A DNA stretch of 64,000 nucleotides from the human T2T-CHM13v2.0 reference genome, Homo sapiens: NCBI RefSeq assembly GCF_009914755.1, contig NC_060948.1. One strand, 5' to 3'. Numbering within the stretch: position 1 is the stretch's first letter; each line of letters starts with the position of its first letter. Shown piece after piece: positions 27,731-41,699 of the stretch. The notes beneath the pieces are model-generated. The model was not told where the DNA came from, did no database searches, and saw only the letters and a program-made list of their open reading frames with translations. Both the position numbers and the translations under genes were made by a program.

Positions 27731-27809
27731 TAGCCATGGAGAGCAAGTTGAGTGAATAATTAATGGGGACTGGAGGGAGTCGGGTGGAGGTATCCACAGG
27801 ATACAAATT

Positions 27810-28045
27810 AAGAATATGATCCTTAGACATGAAAATGTCTGTCCCTAGTGCTGGTGGCACCACTTAACAACATTATTATTTGCAGCAAATGTTTTCTCCT
27901 ATCTGTGCCTCAGTTTCTTAATATCTTTGGAATAATTTGATGTTCCTTCCTCATAGAGATGTTAAAAGTATTGCCGGAGGTACACCTGTAAACTCCCAGA
28001 ATGGTGCCTGATATACCATTTACACTCCTGAGTGTTAGATATTAC
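27810..28045 (+). mobile_element. MIR
   Basis: CTGTGCCTCAGTTTC core; CAGAATGGTGCCTGATATA tail. Confidence 0.7.
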
Positions 28046-30174
28046 AAGGGTTATACTGTGTCTGGGGTGAAGCACTGTTGCTGGTGGCCATTTCCATGTG
28101 CCCATCTGAATAGAACGTCAAAGGGTATGATGGCGAAGCATGATGGAACTGGCCGCCCTGATGCAGAAGAAAAATCTGTTAGAAGACTGAGTAAGGAGTT
28201 TCACATATCAGCTGATATCCCATATTCCCATATCTGTAACTCTAGAAGATGATTTATGCAACCAGTATCCTCCAAAAGATAGATTTAAGAAAACACACCC
28301 TTTCTTTCTCAGAAAACACTACATGTATATGTTTGCTAAAAAAAAAATTAGTTTTCGAATGAATACGTATAAGGAAAAAATGAACAAATATACCATGAGT
28401 CCTATTAAAATAATTTGGAGCAGTATGAAGGGTTGGTGAGGAATTTTAGAAACAACAGTTTTTTTCTACATTCTGTTAGTCTTAGGTTTGTATGTGAATA
28501 GTAACTTCCTCATGTGTAAGGGAAAGCAGACATTGGAAGAAAGTATTTCAAATGCAGATGAGAAAATTCTGCAAGATCTTCCAGTCTAAACTTAAGAAAC
28601 TGTAGGCTAACACATGTCATACTTAATATAGTATGCAATCCATAAATCCCGGTCATGAAAAACCATAACTAGCTTATAATCTAGAGATCTACTGATCTTT
28701 CTGCAGCACATTTACTATCTTAGTAACTGGTACACTATTCAATAAAGGAAAAACAGAAGGAAATCCTTCAAAGTATGAAAGCTCTGGAACTGAGCAAGAA
28801 TTCTGAAACTGGGCTACAGCTGGCTCTACTCATCATATCCTTCCTCAGGTATCATGGCACATTCCTTAGGAAATGACAAACTGGTGGATAAAGCAAAACT
28901 ACACTGAGCCGTTCTCAGTAGGAATGAGCACACTGTCCATGTGTTCATGTGATGGCTAAGCCAGACACATTATGAAGCTCAGAGTCAACAATCTCCAGGG
29001 GTCCTGGGAGTGCTGGCTCAACATACCCAAGAAAGACAGAAAGAATCAAGAAATCCAATGCTCCCTTACAAATATGGCTTGTTTGTTACTTATTAGCAAT
29101 GCATGATATTGATCCTGCCTGCAGCCCATTGCCAATACTTCAGATAAAATTGACATCTCATCATGGTAAGGGACAGCTGGAAACTGGTCTTTAAAAAGTG
29201 ATTTCAAAGGACAGACACTTGGCTTCTAAACAGCCAGCAAATGGTCTCATAGTACAGGGAAGAAAAGGAATTACTTGCCAATGGAATCCGCACGTTGTCA
29301 TATATTGTGTGGAGTAGTTCTTCTCACACAACTGTGAGTGAAACCTTCGAAAAGTATTAAAAAGTTTGCTTGTCAACTCTGCCCAGGCCGTTTTGCCCTC
29401 CAGATGCCAAACAAACCCAAAACAATATATTGTTTTCTATAGTTGTTGTGCTTATGCCCATCTAGATGCATGTCCTTCATAAGAGCTCTGCTTCTAGCTG
29501 GGACTTTGGAGGAAAAGTTACCCATACAAGATCAAATGCATCTAGTATTGGCAAAAATTTTAATTTAAAATTTAAATGCATTAGTGATTTACATTTCATA
29601 ATGTATAATACAGCATGATATTCTTACAAACAGCTGTATGAGTGTTGAAGATATATGCACTTTCATTCTCTAATGTGAAATCTGGCACTGCCATGGGGAA
29701 AAATATTGTATAGTCTTCCACTGTGAATGTCTTTTGACTTTTTACTGAGTCCAGTCTTTCTGAAAAAAAAAAAAAAAAACATAGAAATGAAATTAGACAT
29801 TTGTTGAATGTGGGAGAAAATTTTCACAGAAGGAAACTATGTGAATTAGACACAAACAGATGGTAAGACTCTGTGGCTGCCTCCCTGCCTGCTCTGTCAA
29901 TGGGAGGGGAATCGTGGCAAGGTTAACAGGGCCCGGAGAATATGAATATCCTCATCAACTTTCTTCCAGGGCTTGAGAAACCAACAGATTGATCTGACTC
30001 TGTCTTCATCAGTTTAAAGGAAAGGGCCAGTGGGATAAATATGATTTTTTTTTTGGTAATGATTTTGAAACAAGAAAGAAAAAAAAAAGCAATCTATTTA
30101 TTCTTCTCTATATTAAGGTATGGTCAATTGGTACCAAAAGAAAGCCACTTCCCTTTGACTTTATATCTAGAAAA

Positions 30175-30385
30175 CAAATTCTTAAATGAAGGAGAGCAAT
30201 TTTATCCCCCAGAGACATTAGGTTATGCTTGAAGACAATTTTGGTTGTCGTCACTTGGGGAGGAGTGCTAGGTTACTGGCATCTGGGTAGGTAAAGGCCA
30301 GGGATGTTTGTCAACATCTTATAACACACAGGACATTCCCTCTCTCTCTGAATAGAACGAATAATTAGCCAAGCCAAAGATAATC
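30175..30385. mobile_element. MER20
   Basis: CCCCCAGAGACATT..GACAATTTTGGTTGTC..TACTGGCATCT..GGCCAGGGATG. Confidence 0.8.
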
Positions 30386-30419
30386 TCATCTGAACAAGAA
30401 AGAATTGTGGCAGAATATT

Positions 30420-30510
30420 TCAAGGTCACAAATTCAAATGCCTACAGGTTTTAGGCAGGTGACAAATTAATGCAATGGGCTAGGTGTAAGTCAGTAAGGA
30501 GTAGTAGATC
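30420..30510 (+). mobile_element. MER102-type 5' end
   Basis: GGTCACAAATTCAAATGCCTACAGG..AGGCAGGTGAC..GGTGTAAG. Confidence 0.7.
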
Positions 30511-30631
30511 CTTTAGCAAATATTGCAAGGCTGAGAAATCCTTATCTAGAAAAAAGTTGCATTCGCTATGGAACCATAGTATTCTAGAGACAGTGGATAA
30601 GATTTCAGAGTTTCTTGTTTTTTCCACCGCA

Positions 30632-30914
30632 ATTTCTTTTTTGACTATTCATGAGTGTATGTTTTATGTGTACATGAAAAAAAGAAATTAGCTTTCTTTC
30701 TTTGACTCCCAGTAAATGCATGCTGTACGTGTATATGAAAACAAAATTTGGCTTCTTTGACCACTAGTTCATGCTCTGTGATTATATGAAAACAAGAAAT
30801 TATCTGTCTTTGATTACTAGTATACGCACGCTTTATATGTATATGAAAACAAGACACTAGCCTTCTTTGAACACTAGTAAAGGCATGCTTTGTGTATATA
30901 TAAAAATAAAATCC
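30632..30914. repeat. diverged tandem repeat, 5 copies of ~56 bp
   Basis: TTGA anchors at 30641, 30702, 30757, 30810 and 30867, each followed by TAGT..CATGCT..TATATGAAAACAA-like sequence. Confidence 0.85.
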
Positions 30915-31208
30915 AGCTGAGTATGGGGGCTCATACCTGCAATCCCAGTACTTTGGGAGGTTGAGGTGGGCAGCGCCTGAGGTCAGGTGTTCAAGACCAG
31001 CCTGGCCAATATGGTGAAACACTGTCTCTACTAAATATACAAAAATTAGCCAGGCTTGGTTGCGAGCATCTGTAATCCCAGCTTATTGGGAGGCTGAGGC
31101 AAGAGAATTGCTTGAATCTGGGAGGACAAGGTTGCAGTTAGATGAGATCCTGCCATTGCACTCCAGCCTGGGTGACAAGAGTGAGACTTTGTCTCAAAAA
31201 ATTAAAAA
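30915..31208 (+). mobile_element. AluS
   Basis: Full dimer. TSD TAAAAATAAAATCC at 30901 and 31209. Confidence 0.93.
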
Positions 31209-32477
31209 TAAAAATAAAATCCTTATGTGTGGAAAAAAGTGCTTTATATAACCAAAATAAATTTTTCTTTTTAAAATTATTGTCTATATTTTTCCTAAAG
31301 TAAGAAACTTCTCTGTTTCTTCTCCCCCATCACCTCTTCATCTTTCCTTTTATCTCTTTTTCTTTATCTTTGTAATAAGAAAGCATTGACCATCATCATT
31401 GAATTTATTTATGTTAGTAATATAAACATCTTAAAACGCTTGACGAATTGTAAAATTCTTTAAGTTTTAGAGAATAACTTAATTTACTGATTAGCAATTA
31501 AATATTCAGCTATCAATCTACTGCTTTCTCTCAAGGGCAAACACCAAAAGCCAAATTTACAAACTTCCCTGCAATATATAATTTATTCAGGGAAAGAAAC
31601 AAATTACAGTCATTCATGAGAGTCATCCCAGTCAATCATTTCTTTTCAAAAGTTGTCAAAGAAAAAAACTACACTCTTTATGTTTAAATCTTCAACCTTT
31701 AAGCTTATGCCCATGAGCGAGGGATTGATACTTTGTAATAATCATATAAAGGTGATATTGCACATTGCTTAAAATGTTTTCATTTTATGCATCCTCTCAC
31801 TGTAAATTCTGGCTTTGCAAAATAGCAAGCAAACAACTGAAAAATAAACAAACCCATTTCTAGCCTCTCCAGTGGCTGAGGTGCAAAAGTGGAACTTCTA
31901 TTCTACAATGCCCAGAAGATGCATCCTTATGGGGCTTTGTTTGTCAGAGAGTTAGGAATGGTCAGTGCCTGCACCCAAGACTTTCACTACATAGGAATAT
32001 ATTCCTGGAATTGGAGGTGGTAGGAACAGTTCTTTGTTGACTGCAGAGACAGCATGGTTTTGAGTTGGACTATGGGGAGCATTACTGATGAAACAATTAA
32101 ACAGCTCCTTTATCAGGCCAATTCTGCACTGTGGTTCTATAATTTACTCCAGAAAGCATATTTTTGAGTCTACTTTTGAATTATTCCAATGACCATCAGT
32201 TATCTACAACCTCCATAGATCCTTTCCTGCTTAAACTCTGTAAAAGCAGACTTGTTATCTGCAACCAAGTGTGTTGACCAGCTGAAGCTGTAACATGAAC
32301 ATTAACAATGATAACAACACCAGGGGCTATTGAACACTTTATGAAGGAATTGACAACCAAGTCCTCCCTCATATATGTTAAACTTGCAATTTCAGTGTAG
32401 GAAATGTCCACTATAGGAATCAAAAATATTCTTGGTATGAAATACTTTATAGTTTCACTAGACCAAGTTTGACACTA

Positions 32478-32599
32478 GCAGCATAAACTTTCCAGTGTGC
32501 CACAGGCTCCACCACTCCCTATTACCTTAAACCAAGCCTTTGCAGATTTATTTCCATCACCTGGCTCAATGTTGTAGGCACTTGAGTTTGTGACCCTTA
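32478..32599 (-). mobile_element. MER102-type 5' end, inverted
   Basis: CCCACCACTCCCTATT..TGTAGGCACTTGAGTTTGTGACCC. Confidence 0.7.
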
Positions 32600-33714
32600 G
32601 ATATTCTGCTGTAAGACCTTTTTGTTCCTTTGTTTTTTTCCAGATGAGGAGCAGAAGCCCAGAGCGAGCACACATGTTACTTAAGTTCTCACTGTTTGCT
32701 AGCAGCAAAAACTATTACACTTTCCATTATTTCTGCCTCTACATGATCTGTTTCTATGATACCTACCTGCAGAATGCATAGTGTGAACCTAGGTTTGTGT
32801 GTGCATGAGTGTGGAGTGTGTGTGTGTATGTGTGTGATTTTTCTTTAGCCCAGAGGTATTCATAATGAATCAGCTTACTACAGCAGATGAGTGATGAAAT
32901 TTTTAAGAATTGACAAATTAATATTCAGATTTCTAAGAAGATATTTTCTAAAACCTGTACATTTGAAGGATTATGTATATGGGTTGTGTGTTTTTGTATT
33001 CCCTACTTCCATGATTTGTCTCTCTCACCAATGAAATAAGAATTTATATAATACATCCTTTGCTGGTCTCTATCCCACTTGTCAATCTTTGATGGAATCA
33101 CTGAGGTCCCCAGCTCTGCTTTCCTAAGATGCGGAGTGAGATATTTTCTTTGTTTCGAAGCAAAAGAAATGAGAGTTGCACAAAATAAACCAAGAGGCTC
33201 GTAATGAATAAGCTCCCAAGGATGTACAGTTAGATTTTCATCAGGAACATGTGGACATATCTGGTTTTGTGCTGCTTTCCACAAACTCTTTCAATTTGGA
33301 AATATTTTTCAAAATTATTTATTATTATTAACTAGATTATGAATAAAGCTTTGATAAGCAGCATTCCCACCAGATAAATTCCTTAGAGCCTTTTAATTCT
33401 GTGCTTGCAGGACAGATGTTCCCTTCAGGACCTTCCATGAGGTTTCTTTTTCCTAGCAGGCATTGCAATGTAGTTTACTACAAGTTCTAGTGGAGCAAAC
33501 CTCCAAAGAAAAGCACTTTTATTGCCAATATTTCTGCAAATGTGGATGCAAGCCTATTTTTGGAAACATTAAAAATTTCAGAATAATTAATTAGGGGGAA
33601 ATTCAAAATTCACAAGGAATCTGCATCAACATTAGTTGAGGCTGGCATTGTACTTTGAACAGGAAAGTGTCCTTTTAGATACACACCATGATATAATTTT
33701 GAGCATGTAATATG

Positions 33715-34287
33715 TATTCAACTGTTTACTCCTTCCAACTTTTGCTGAATAGGGCATCTACTCATTGTAAGGGCTGAACCACACACAACACATGAAAAGA
33801 TGAGTTGAATGCCTTTTGTGCATGAAAATAACTCTGTGAAGTAGGAGATAAAGAAAGTAAAAGAGGTTTATAATACTGCATGGTCACAGGTGCAAATCAA
33901 GGTGTGCACCCAATGCAGAGAGGAGGATGATTTTAACAAGGACACCAATTGAAAAGTCAGCAAATGACTCAGAGGTTGACAACAGTGGCAGGTCTTGAAG
34001 AATGAGGAAGGATCTCCATTGAACAAAGAAGGAGAAAGGTATTCCAGAAACATGGAATGCCTATGTACAGGCTCATAGGCAGAAACAAATGCTCTTTTTA
34101 GACAGACAATAGCTAGGAGAGAATGGCTGCTGAATTATTATACAAAGAAGATGAGAACTCAAGAACAGGATAGTAGAGAGACTGGGGAAAGGATGATAGG
34201 AACTTGCGTGCCATGCTAAAGAGCTTGACCCTTTATTAGATACGAAAGATAGGGTCCTTGAAGGGCTTTAAGCAGGGCAATACATTA
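33715..34287 (-). mobile_element. L2 fragment
   Basis: GGTCTTGAAGAATGAG, GGTATTCCAG, GCCATGCTAAAGAGCTTGAC and TTTAAGCAGGG motifs. Confidence 0.65.
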
Positions 34288-35578
<1,291 letters not shown>

Positions 35579-35613
35579 ATGATGTCTGTATTTTAAAAAC
35601 ATAACAAGGTCAT

Positions 35614-36094
35614 GTGAAGAACTTATACCTGATAGTTTGGAGACTACATGAATCTGAAACATACCCAATAGTTGCATAAACAGGGTTTTTTTGGATAAAC
35701 ATAGAAATAGGCCCTTCTGCTCTTAAAGCTTTAAACTTATATTTATTTTACCTGATTTCCGTCCTCAGGAAAGGATCCCCAAGCTTCTCAAAAAGTATCA
35801 AAGGACTGAAACTCATCAGATCACTGCATCTAGACAATGAGACTCCAGGCCCTTCATTCCTAACAATTGCTCCCTCCCAAGTTCCTGTTTTCTCAAGCAT
35901 AGTTATGTTTCTTCTCTGCTACATAAACTCCTAATTCTAGTCAGTTAGGGATATGGATTTGAGACTGATCTCCCATCTCCTCGGTTGCGGCATCTGATTA
36001 AAGCCTTCTTCCTTGGCAATACTTGCTCTCAGTTGTTGGTTTTGGTTGTGTTGAGCAGCAGGATGTAGACCAAACCCCTGGTGTCTTGGTAAAA
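35614..36094 (+). mobile_element. MER39/MER34-like (MER4 group) solo LTR
   Basis: GGATTTGAGACTGATCTCCCATCTCCTCGG..ATTAAAGCCTTCTTCC..CCCCTGGTGTCTTGGTAA. Start approximate. Confidence 0.72.
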
Positions 36095-36354
36095 AATCAT
36101 CACTAGAAGGAAAGGCACAGGTGAGTGTAGATGTTTCCAGAAGGTATGGATGATGCCATTGTTGAGTAGGAAAAGAAATCAAATAACTGGGTCTGGATGA
36201 GGGGAAAGAAAGAAAATTAGTTTTGTGTTAGGTAGAGTGAACGTGAAGTTCCCACTGGCATAGTAAAGAAGATGCTAGAAATTAGACAGGTGGTTTAGAT
36301 ATTATAGGATGATCATGGTCATTCCAACTCAGAAATGTGAAGATGTCATTGGGA

Positions 36355-36480
36355 ATAATAGTATATTATATATAAAATATGATAGTATATATAATATATA
36401 ATAGTATGTCCTTATATATATATTATATACATATGCTATATGTATATATTATATGTATATATTATATACATATGCTATCT
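36355..36480. repeat. AT-rich low-complexity tract
   Basis: TA-rich, with TATATTATATACATATGCTAT present twice. Confidence 0.75.
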
Positions 36481-37723
36481 GAAGATAGCAGTGTCTCCTG
36501 TATAGTAAAAAGAAAGGATTGATAAGAGAAAGCATACATTTTATAGATGGTAGTCTGTATGACAATGCCACCAGTAATAGTTTCTGTCTTTTAATATAAA
36601 TTTCTTCTAGTGGAGTAATATGGCATTACCCATAGGCTGACAATTGCATGCAGGTATGGTTTTTTGGCTCCTTTGCAGGCTGCTACATTTCTAACTCATG
36701 GGTTATTGCCAGTAGTGTTGGAAATATTTAAACATACTTATTGAATAAATGAATGAACACAAGATTATTTCCCCTATCATCATTGAAGAGGGAGGGCACT
36801 CATTAAAACTGAAATTTCTAGATATTGCATACTGATTTTTTAAAGTACACTATTCCAACATGAAAGTTTTTCAAAATCTCAGGATGTTATGACCATATAC
36901 ATACATATATATATGTGTGTGTGTGTGTATGTATACACATATATATATGAGGTCTATAAAGATCTATAAAGCTACAGACAGCTACTCAACTAGATGTCTT
37001 CAAAGGGCCATGAGAATTCCAAGGTGCTCTCAGTTTGAGTTATTATTTTTCAGTTTGTCAGTTTTACATTTAAACAATTTTATTTTCTGTCTTCCTTGAC
37101 ACTCAGCCTAACATATAGCCTAGAACAATACTGCAGGAGAAATGACATCATCAGCATCATTAAAATAGTGATTTTATATACCTTGCCCATTTGGTAGGTT
37201 GTTGGCCAGCATCATGCCTCTCTTTGCAGTGAAGTTTACAACATCCTTTTTTTTTTTTTTTTTTTTTTTTTGCAATTGTCTCACAGCCTGAAGCTACTGT
37301 ATGTATGATTGAGGTTGTGAGTACATCTGACTACTGGAATTGTAAAAGCATTACTGGAGAAAGAAAAGCTAACACCTGGAAAATTCTTTCCAGTTCAAAT
37401 TTGCAGAGATCTTCTTTCCAGGTAAATCTAGAATTTCTTAACAAAAATCTAGATTTTCTTAGGAAAACCTAAAGAGCTCACCTTTAACATGGAATCAGAG
37501 TCTATGGAAATGTATAAGGCATAATAATATTTATATGATGTATTCATTGTTGGATTACAGTAATTGTCTCTTAAGCACTTATAACCTGAGTTGGCAAATT
37601 CTTATAAGGGCACTGTGTAACCAAGAGGTTACTGTTTCAAAGCACCACCAATTTCAAATTCACAGAAATACACACAGGGCCCTTATAAGAATTTGCCAAC
37701 ACAGGTTATAAATGATTAAGAGA

Positions 37724-38029
37724 GGCCGGGCGCGGTGGCTCACGCCTGTAATCCCAGCACTTTGGGAGGCCGAGGCGGGTGGATCATGAGGTCAGGAGAT
37801 CGAGACCATCCTGGCTAACAAGGTGAAACCCCGTCTCTACTAAAAATACAAAAAATTAGCCGGGCGCGGTGGCGGGCGCCTGTAGTCCCAGCTACTCGGG
37901 AGGCTGAGGCAGGAGAATGGCGTGAACCCGGGGAAGCGGAGCTTGCAGTGAGCCGAGATTGCGCCACTGCAGTCCGCAGTCTGGCCTGGGTGACAGAGCG
38001 AGACTCCGTTTAAAAAAAAAAAAAAAAAA
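37724..38029 (+). mobile_element. AluYb8
   Basis: GGTGGATCATGAGG, AACAAGGTG and the diagnostic duplication GCAGTCCGCAGTC. Perfect 14-bp TSD AAATGATTAAGAGA at 37710 and 38027. Confidence 0.96.
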
Positions 38030-38049
38030 TGATTAAGAGAAAATTACTG

Positions 38050-38347
38050 GGCCTGGCACTGTGGCTCATGCCTGTAATCCCAGAACTTTGGGAGGCCGAG
38101 ATGGGCAGATCACAAGGTCAAGAGATTGAGACCATCCTGGCTAACACGGTGAAACCCCATCTCTACTAAAAATACAAAAAGTTAGCTGGGCATGGTGGTG
38201 GGACCCTGTAGTCCCAGCTACTCAGGAGGCTGAGGCAGAAGAATAGCATGAACCCTGAAGGAGGAGCTTACAGTGATCCGAGATCATGCCACTGCATTCC
38301 AGCCTGGGCAATAGAGCAAGACTCAGTCTCAAAAAAAAAAAAAAAAA
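38050..38347 (+). mobile_element. AluY/Sc-like
   Basis: Full dimer; degenerate TSD AAAATTACTG / AAAATACTA. Confidence 0.92.
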
Positions 38348-39190
38348 TACTATACTCTCAACACTGAAAATATCAAATAAATATTCTTATGCCTTATACA
38401 AAAATCAGAAAATATAGATGATATCAGAGACACAATATCCTTCCTCACCTTCTGGAGAGAAGAATCATATACTGCCTACTATTTGGGGTTCTATTTAAAT
38501 CAAATCATCCTGTGCACAACAATTTATAGTTTATAAGGAATTCTTAAAAGCAGTTTTTCATTTGGTCTTTACAACATTTTATAAAAGAAATTGGGGGCAG
38601 ATATTGAATCCCCATATTGGAAGTAAGCATACAGACATATTGAAATGAGCTTTATAATCCAGCAACTCTACATTGCTGCACATGTAAGATTTTCCTGTGT
38701 TATTGAGTAAAAACCTTAAAGAAAAATAAAATAGAAAGCAAATCAAATTCCTGTGTCTATTTTAGAATCTCATAATGCTCAGGGGGTGATTAAGAGGACA
38801 AACTGTTCTTCTGAAACATTCTTCCAGTATTTTCTCTGTACTGAAATCTCTTTAGAATATGGCTAATATGTTAAAAAGAATTAAACCACCCTCCTCTGGA
38901 AGTTGAGGAGATGGGGAACTCTAAGCCCACCCACTCATCTCTCTCCTTCCTTTCCTCACTCTTCCACAATCTGCCTCTTCTATGCATCCTTGAAGTACAG
39001 TTTGAAAATCAATTGATAGTATCTCCTATTCCTTCTCCGTTAGCTTTCTTCATTAACACTTTTGTAATAGACAATTGGGCTGGGTTTTTGGAATCTAATG
39101 TCAAATTTCATGTATCTTTCACTAAGATTTCCCTATTCCCAGTGGAGATAAAATAGAATGGCCAATGTGAAAGAATACATTAAAAATACA

Positions 39191-39453
39191 TTTTTCTTTT
39201 TTTAGAGATAAAGTCTTGCTGCGTTGGCCAGGCTGAAATATAGTGGCACAACCATAGCTCACTGTAGACTTTTACTCCTGGGTTTAGTTGATTATCCTGC
39301 CTTAGCCTCCCCTGTAATTAGCTGTGAGTACAGGTGGACATCACCATGCCTGGCTAATATATATATTTTTTATATTGTAGAGATAGAGTCTCACTGTTTT
39401 GCCCAGGTTATTCTCTAACTTCTGGCTTCAAGTGATCCTCCCACCTCGGCCTC
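39191..39453 (-). mobile_element. AluJ, 5'-truncated
   Basis: CATAGCTCACTGTAG..TCAAGTGATCCTCCCACCTCGGCCTC. Confidence 0.85.
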
Positions 39454-40534
39454 TGTTTTATAAGGTATGAAAATTTGTTACTGATTATAGACATGGAAGC
39501 TGATATCATTCCAATGTATTGGATTCCTGAATGACACACCTCCCCTCCTCTCATCAAAGATCCTGACACCAACAGATCCTCAAGACATGTAGAATGAAAT
39601 TCATATTATGTGGTTGTTTCCTAATATTTTTTCTTGCTTAAACCATGTTAGCATCAAGAGAATTAACTTCCTGTCACTTCTGTTTTGCAACATGGCATTC
39701 TACATGGATGATGGGATTGTAACCAGTATCATTGCCATTCTTTACAGATCATACTACTTACAAACACAATGTCTCTGTGTGTTCTGCCATTTCCCTGTAA
39801 GATCTGCTCTCCTTTATTTTCAGGAATCAGATTCAACTTTGCTGCAATAAATCCCAAAAAGCTACTTTTTTCCTGCAACTTCAGATATGCTCTAGTGTCC
39901 AAGATGATAGCCCAGGAAAGAATAAACCTCCTGCTCTCTGCTGAGTGACTGTGGCATTACCTGCCTTGCATATTTTGTCTTGCTATTTTCGTTGCCAATG
40001 TTCAAATTCAGTTTCAGTTCTTCATTCCTCTCCAAATTACCCTTGGTTTCCTTGGAATTAGATTGAGCCCTTTTTTACCCATTGATAATAAAAAATTAAA
40101 ATAACTCTGGTTACATTAGAGAATAATTGGTGTAATAATATGTTTCTTATTTTAAAAAAATGAGAGGCTCTTTATTACTGTGGAATAGGTTTTGATTATT
40201 TATGAGAAAAACCTCCTTCTCAGTCCAAATTCTCAAATAACTAAAAAACTCCCAGTTGGTTAAATGGGTTTTAAAAATGGAAACTCCATTAAAAATATGT
40301 ATTTTTATACATAAGAGCAAAAAGGAAGAGGAAAAGGCTGCTTTATTTTCTTCAGTTACTTCTTCCAAATAACTTTTCTCCTTACTCTAAAAAATATGGT
40401 TTTATGTTCAACATTCCAATACAAAATCGTGATGCCCAGCATTTAAATTAGAGTCCCTCCATTCTGGTGGGGATATCAGAAGAGTCATTAAGGAAGACAA
40501 TTTAAAATGACTAATTTAGAAAAAAAATATTTCA

Positions 40535-40842
40535 AGTCAACTGTGGTGGCTCACATCTGTAATCCCAGCAGTTTGGGAGGCCAAGGTGGGCAGATCACTT
40601 GATGTCAGGAGTTAAGAGACCAGCTGGGCCAACACGGTGAAACCCTGCCTCTACTAAAAATCCAAAAATTAGCCAGATCTGGTGGCACCTGGCTGTAACC
40701 ACAGCTACTTAGGAGGCTGAGGCAAGAGAATTGTTTCAACCCAGGAGGGGAGGTGAAGGCTGGAGTGAGCTGAGATCATACCACTGCACTCCAGCCTAGG
40801 TGATAGAATGAGATTCTGTCTCAAAGGAAAAAAAAAAAAAAA
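40535..40842 (+). mobile_element. AluS
   Basis: Full dimer with A tail. Confidence 0.92.
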
Positions 40843-41059
40843 GAATAACACTAAGGTATGTGACTAAATGTTCACATTTATTATCAAGGGGAGGAAAAAG
40901 TCATTGGAAACCTTATGTGCATGCAATTTCACACATATACACTGGCTCATACAAACAAATGGACACACTAACATGCATGGAACATATAGTTGGTAACAGC
41001 TACACATCAGTTTCCTTACGGTGGTAAGAGTAAGGCATTTATATGAATATATATGTCTA

Positions 41060-41353
41060 TTATTTTTTGAGACATGGGCTTTCTCTGTTGCTCAGGCTAG
41101 ACTGGCTTTATTGTGGCTCACTGCAGCCTTGAACTCCTGGGCTAAAGTGGTCCTCTCACCTCAGCCTCACAGTAGTTGGGATGACAGGTGCACACCACTG
41201 CATCTGGCTAATGTTTTCTGTTTTTATTTTCTGTACAAATGGAGTTTATCAGTATGTTGCTTAGGCTGGTCTCAAACTCCTGGCCTCAAGCAATCCTCTG
41301 ACCTCAGCTTCCCACAGTGTAGGGATTACAGGCATCAGCCACAACACCTGGTC
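41060..41353 (-). mobile_element. AluJ
   Basis: GGCTCACTGCAGCCTTGAACTCCTGGGCT..CTCAAGCAATCCT. Confidence 0.88.
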
Positions 41354-41384
41354 TATATTTTTAGGTTTTAAATTTCTGTTCCTA

Positions 41385-41600
41385 TTTGAGTAATCAATTA
41401 CTAAAATAAAGTGCAAACATTTTAGTTGAGTGGTTTGATTAATTTTTACCTATGAGAATCCTATGTAACATCCACCCAGATGCAGACATAGGTGATTTCT
41501 GACACCCTGAGACATTTGCCTGTGTTCTTTTCTTCCGAAATTACCAGGATGCAGCCTCTATTCTAACTCCTCTCACAATAGTTTCAGTTTGGGGTATCTA
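41385..41600 (-). mobile_element. L1M(E) 3' fragment
   Basis: AAATAAAGTGCAAACATTTTAG..TGTAACATCCACCCAGAT. Confidence 0.55.
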
Positions 41601-41699
41601 TTTTTTTAGTATTTTCATAATTGTTTCTGTAAAAATATTTTCAAAGATTTTGTAATGTATGTTACACTATAGAAATTCTAAAAGTGAAACGTTTTTAGG

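Larger units (their letters stand above)
37511..38400. repeat. long inverted repeat (~108-bp arms, 53-bp loop) with two Alus in the right arm
   Basis: Left arm 37511-37618. Right arm 37672-37723 + 38041-38049 + 38353-38400. Confidence 0.88.

Noticed and set aside
30632-30914. CRISPR-like array
   Set aside because: Units are homologous along their whole length with no unique spacers, in eukaryotic context with no cas genes.
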